Source: Kondoa subrosea (lineage: Eukaryota). From it: 64,000 nucleotides of DNA. Every line of letters begins with the position of its first letter. Within the stretch, counting starts at the first letter, position 1. Shown piece by piece: positions 60,012 to 64,000 of this stretch. Under the pieces are notes generated by a model. It saw nothing but the letters and a program-made list of their open reading frames with translations, was not told the DNA's origin and made no database searches. The position numbers were made by a program, and so were the translations under genes. The stretch lies in the NCBI GenBank assembly GCA_039545335.1, contig BCIN01000004.1:362925-426924 (forward strand). The letters are read 5' to 3'.

Positions 60012-61057
60012 ATGCCTAAAGCGAGCAAATCCAAAGGCGGCTACTACGCGGTCGCTAGAGGCGCGCAAACGGGCATTTATACATCTTGGGATGATGCGAA
60101 ACCACATATTGAAGGCTTCCGAGGAGCGCTGCACAAGAAGTTTCCTACTCTTCAAGCTGCTCAAGCCTGGCAATCAGCCAATTCTGGCTCTGGATCGTCT
60201 GCCATGACTGATGTACATTCTCCATATACCGCTATAAACCGACCCAAGCCTTCATTCAAAGGCAAGCAGACTCAGTATCAGAGTACGGGAATGAAGAGAA
60301 GCGGAGCGAGATGCGTATATACAGATGGAGCATGTAGCAATAATGGTCAAACAGCTCGATCTCCGAAAGCTGGCTCGGGTGTCTATTGGAATCGTACTGA
60401 TGTGCCGTACGTTCCAGCGTATTCCAACTAGATCTTATGTCTTGATGCGTCAAAGCAGGGACATTTCTGAGAGATTACCTGGCGACTGTCAAACGAATCA
60501 GAAAGCTGAATTATATGTAAGGGTCGGCTCTCTGATGCTGATGATGACATGCTAAGATATCTATTCAGGCGATTTGTCGAACGCTCGAAACGGATCCTGA
60601 GCCAGAAGAACCTTTGGATATTCTCACTGACTCCGCGTATTGCATCTCATGTAAGTGAACTTCTGTAGGCCAATAAAAATGCTAATACAGGTCACTAGGT
60701 CTCATGGAATGGCACCAGACCTGGCAGAGAAAAGGATGGAAGAATGCAGCTGGCGATCCGGTTGTTCATGGTGATTTGATTCGATACATCCTCGCTTTGA
60801 TTATCCGACATCCGGGCAAGATCACCTTCGTCAAAGTCAAAGGTCATTCAGGTGATCCTGGTAACGAAATGGCCGATTCTTTAGCGACTGCTGCAGCTCA
60901 ACAAATGTCTGTACCGCAAGATAGGGATTTCGTCGGGGATTTATTACGCTTGCAAAACATGGAAGGAGCTCAAGGGGCGGCTGTGCAGTTTGATTTCAGC
61001 GAAGATGATCTATTGACGGCGGAAGAATTGGCGGAATTTGAAAAGTATGATGTCTAG
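60012..61057 (+). CDS. RNH1: Ribonuclease H1 with an N-terminal hybrid-binding domain; about 4 exons
   Basis: YYAVARGAQTGIYTSW...FRGALHKKF (hybrid-binding domain); VYTDGACSNNG, TNQKAEL, ILTDSAY, KVKGHSGDPGNEMADSLA (DEDD). Confidence 0.95.
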
Positions 61058-61716
61058 CCAATGTGAGATTCTGTCCCAATGATCTCTGGCTATGGTTGAC
61101 CTATATAAGAGACCTCGTTCCTCTCGGAGCAGTCCCCCTCGCAAGTTTTTGGCCAACCTATTTACAGCCGAACCAAAATGCTCAAGTCATTGGCCAAGCA
61201 CGGGAATCGAGTCTTCTGCTACGCTATCTTGCCCTTGCTACGATTATATCTCCACAAATTTGGGGTTGTGGTGCTCTCGATTGGAATTTTCGTGCCCAAC
61301 ACGCGCCTTCCAGCTCAATCACATCATTGCGCTAGTCCTTGGACAATAACGGCCACGCTCTACCAATTTCAAACGCTCACTTCAATTGCCTAGTATTCGC
61401 ATCATCGCCACGCTGAGCCTGTTCGCTTGCTTGTTCGCTCTCCAGCTTGAGCTGATTTGCTCTTTGATGCAAAAGTATGAAATGAACATTCTTCGGACAC
61501 GGGTACTTCAGGTTCCTAACATTTCATGTTATACACTACACGCATATTACACACTTTCACGTTCCGAACATTCCCTTGGTTCGGTGTCCATGTGTCTGTG
61601 ACTTCCAGTCTAGAAGCCTTAGCCGATTAGTAATCATCATCGCTGACTAAGCAGGAGTAAAGACTATTGCTCGGCCAGTGTTTCTTTGGCTCTCTTCTAC
61701 CGCCAACTACTGTATC

Positions 61717-62403
61717 ATGAGCGAACTTCAACACTATCTGCCTTACCACGCTGGAGGCTGTGAGTGATTCAAAAGACGCGTAATATCGAAAGTTAAGCCA
61801 CGCATTTGTAGACCTTCCATATTGGTTGCTCTTCACGCAAGTCTCTGCTCGCACGGTGTCATGAAGCAAGCTGAGGACTCCTTGTAGATGTACTTTGGCA
61901 ACCTACAATACTACTCAGAACTTCATCACTACCAAGTTGACCAAGCAAGTCTATGCCGCAAAACCTCATGAGGGTGCTTTCTCCAATGCTGTTTGATGCT
62001 TGTCTTGAAGGTAATACGATTTATACAGTCTCACCTCTCCAAGCTCGGACGTTTGGAATATACACTCTCACAAGTGCTGGCATACGTGCTTTCGCGGCTT
62101 ACGATATAACAAACAAAGCGTAAGCTCTTGTGTTTTCTTCCCTTCTGGCAGATCAGCTGACAGACTTCATCAATTACGCAGATGGTATATCTTGGTTTGG
62201 CTGACTTATGCCCTTACACTGGTACACTACGCTTTGGAACTATTAGTCTTCAGGACATGCAAAGTGAACGCTGGTTTCTTGAGTCCTGTAATCGTAGGCG
62301 GTAAGTACTCTCAGCTAGACAAGCAGGCGAAAACACTGACTCCGAAGTAGGGCTTTCCCTGCTATGGATGACTCAACAGTATGGGTTTTATGTCTCGACC
62401 TAG
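61717..62403 (+). CDS. ERG28: Ergosterol biosynthesis scaffold protein Erg28; 6 exons including a GC-AG intron
   Basis: Spliced: MSELQHYLPYHAGGYLPYWLLFTCTLATYNTTQNF...KQVY...VSPLQARTFGIYTLTSAGIRAFAAYDI...HYALELLVFRT...SPVIVGGLSLLWMTQQYGFYVST*. Not in the ORF track. Confidence 0.92.
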
Positions 62404-62873
62404 GAGCTTGATTATATTCAACTTTCGACGACCTTCTCAATACGTGTCCCTCTATTTCTGCTTCATTCTCGCTTCGCTTCCTCGGATCATTCTGGTACAC
62501 CTCTTTCAATTGCTGCACAAAGCTCGTTCCAGCTGAATTGATCGATTGGCCTGCTCTTGAACTCTCTGGTTGCTGTCGTCAGTGCCAATGTATACTGCTT
62601 AGCCATTGATTGCGAGTTGATTTGTCAGGTGCCAAAGCTGACGGAAATTCGAAATGGGATATAATGGGATTTTCGTCAGCTACTTGTCATTAGTACTATA
62701 TATCAGACGCTGTTGTGACTACCTAGCTCTTGCTAAGGGACTTTCACTTGAATAATTGCTTAGTCAGCTGAGTTCTCATTGCGTAATAAATATGTACTTG
62801 CCTTGCTCTACCGTGGTCGACCACTTAACCAGTCACAGCACTTGACAAATCACTCTGAGCACAGTAGTATAAG

Positions 62874-64000
62874 ATGTTGGCAGCCAGTAACCCAGCGTAA
62901 GCTGATATCTGCTTCGGAACTCCTGGCTGACCATGTGCACGTTATGACAGAGTCAAGTACGTGAACTTAGGCAAGAGCGGACTAAAAGTATCGCAGATCA
63001 TCCTCGTCAGCTATGCATTGACTCGCTGTATCTCGAAAGCTCAAACGATGTTATAACAGGGATGCATGAGCTGTCGGCTTTCTCTCGCCCTCTGAAACGG
63101 GCTTTTCTGACATCTTCTTCAGATGGCAGCTCAAGCTGGCGCAACTGGGTTCTAGACGAAGAGGAATCAATCAAGCATATTGAAGAAGCCTATAAACTTG
63201 GAATCAATACATTCGATACAGCCGATGCGTATTCAAGCGGAATGAGTGAGAAGGTCCTAGGCAATGCTTTAAAGAAGCTCCAGATCCCTCGTCAAGAAGT
63301 AGTGATCTTGTCCAAAGTCTACTTCGCAGTCGGTAAAACTGTTGAGACTAATGTCATGGGCAAAGTAAGCGTTATTCTACGGATCCATTGGCGGACTTAA
63401 TTCTGCCAGCAGAACGTCGAAAATGAAGGCTATGTCAAGTGAGTTCGTATCATCAAGTCTGGTTCTCAGCTGATGCAGATTAAAGCTTACAAGGTCTTTC
63501 GCGCAAGCATATCTTCGATGCAGTCAAGAACAGTCTGGAGAGACTGCAGACGGATTATATAGATCTGCTTCAGTGCCATCGCTTTGATCCCAACGTCTGC
63601 TCTTCCTTCGCTGACCTTCAACGTGCTGACTAACTCTAAAAATGTAGACACCCATTGAAGAGACCATGGAAGCACTCCATGATGTCGTCAAAGCTGGTCA
63701 TGTACGATACATTGGCATGAGCTCTTGCTATGCTTGGCAGTTCCAGCTGATGCAGAATTATGCGTTGAACAATCGTAAGATCCTTGTACTATGATGGAAG
63801 CTAGTCTGATCATTGCGTGTGACACAGGTTTGACGCCATTCGTATCGATGCAAAATCTGTACAATGTGAGCAAAGACCCTTTATCGAGCGAACGAAACTC
63901 ATCTTATGACAGGCGATGTAAATACTCAGCACGCGTCGATCCCATAAGCGCTGATATGTAATTGTAGCTACCGAGAAGAAGAGCGTGAAATGATGCCTAC
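62874..64000 (+). CDS. Aldo-keto reductase (aryl-alcohol-dehydrogenase-like); 3' truncated by the window
   Basis: [37 protein letters not shown] (Asp, Tyr), VILSK (Lys), GLSRKHI...[19 protein letters not shown] (His), [16 protein letters not shown]. Confidence 0.95.

Noticed and set aside
60012..61057. RNase H as a retrotransposon remnant
   Set aside because: It has introns and the cellular hybrid-binding domain, with no adjacent RT, integrase or LTR.
61060..61700. Short overlapping ORFs between RNH1 and ERG28
   Set aside because: No recognisable protein or consistent splice model; possibly an RNH1 3' exon or UTR.
1..64000. CRISPR array, prokaryotic operon or rRNA/tRNA genes
   Set aside because: The DNA is intron-rich and eukaryotic; I saw no regularly spaced direct repeats or recognisable rRNA/tRNA sequence.

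Overview
Gene-dense, intron-rich eukaryotic DNA with short (mostly about 45-65 nt) GT-AG introns and many microexons. Gene content suggests a basidiomycete fungus, probably a yeast-like lineage (inference). About 33 protein-coding genes were reconstructed by manual splicing; three (COX7, ERG28, the COX17 5' exons) are largely invisible in the ORF track. Most are housekeeping: Rab5, KEX1, PCT1, RPF1, COX17, SQR, IPK2, HAT1, Sam35/metaxin, a RING-PH-vWA Far1/Ste5-like scaffold, IRC21, an MFS transporter, RNase H1, ERG28 and an aldo-keto reductase. No tRNA, rRNA, CRISPR array or transposon was recognised. The strongest candidate for an undescribed system is a 9.7-kb TRANK1-like gene. Spliced, it encodes a RelE/ParE toxin-like domain fused to an intact UvrD-type SF1 helicase, TPR-like repeats, an IQ motif and a histone-H1-like tail, suggesting a conflict or antiviral sensor-effector. 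Other items of note: a degenerate NADAR protein, an orphan small kinase, a SHLD2-like OB-fold protein, a structured element in an unusually long Rab5 intron, a frameshifted MYND gene, a GNAT ending in a Ras-like CCaaX, and a SILK/RVxF/KEN coiled-coil protein. All family calls are by-eye motif recognition; no database search was run, and exon boundaries are predictions.
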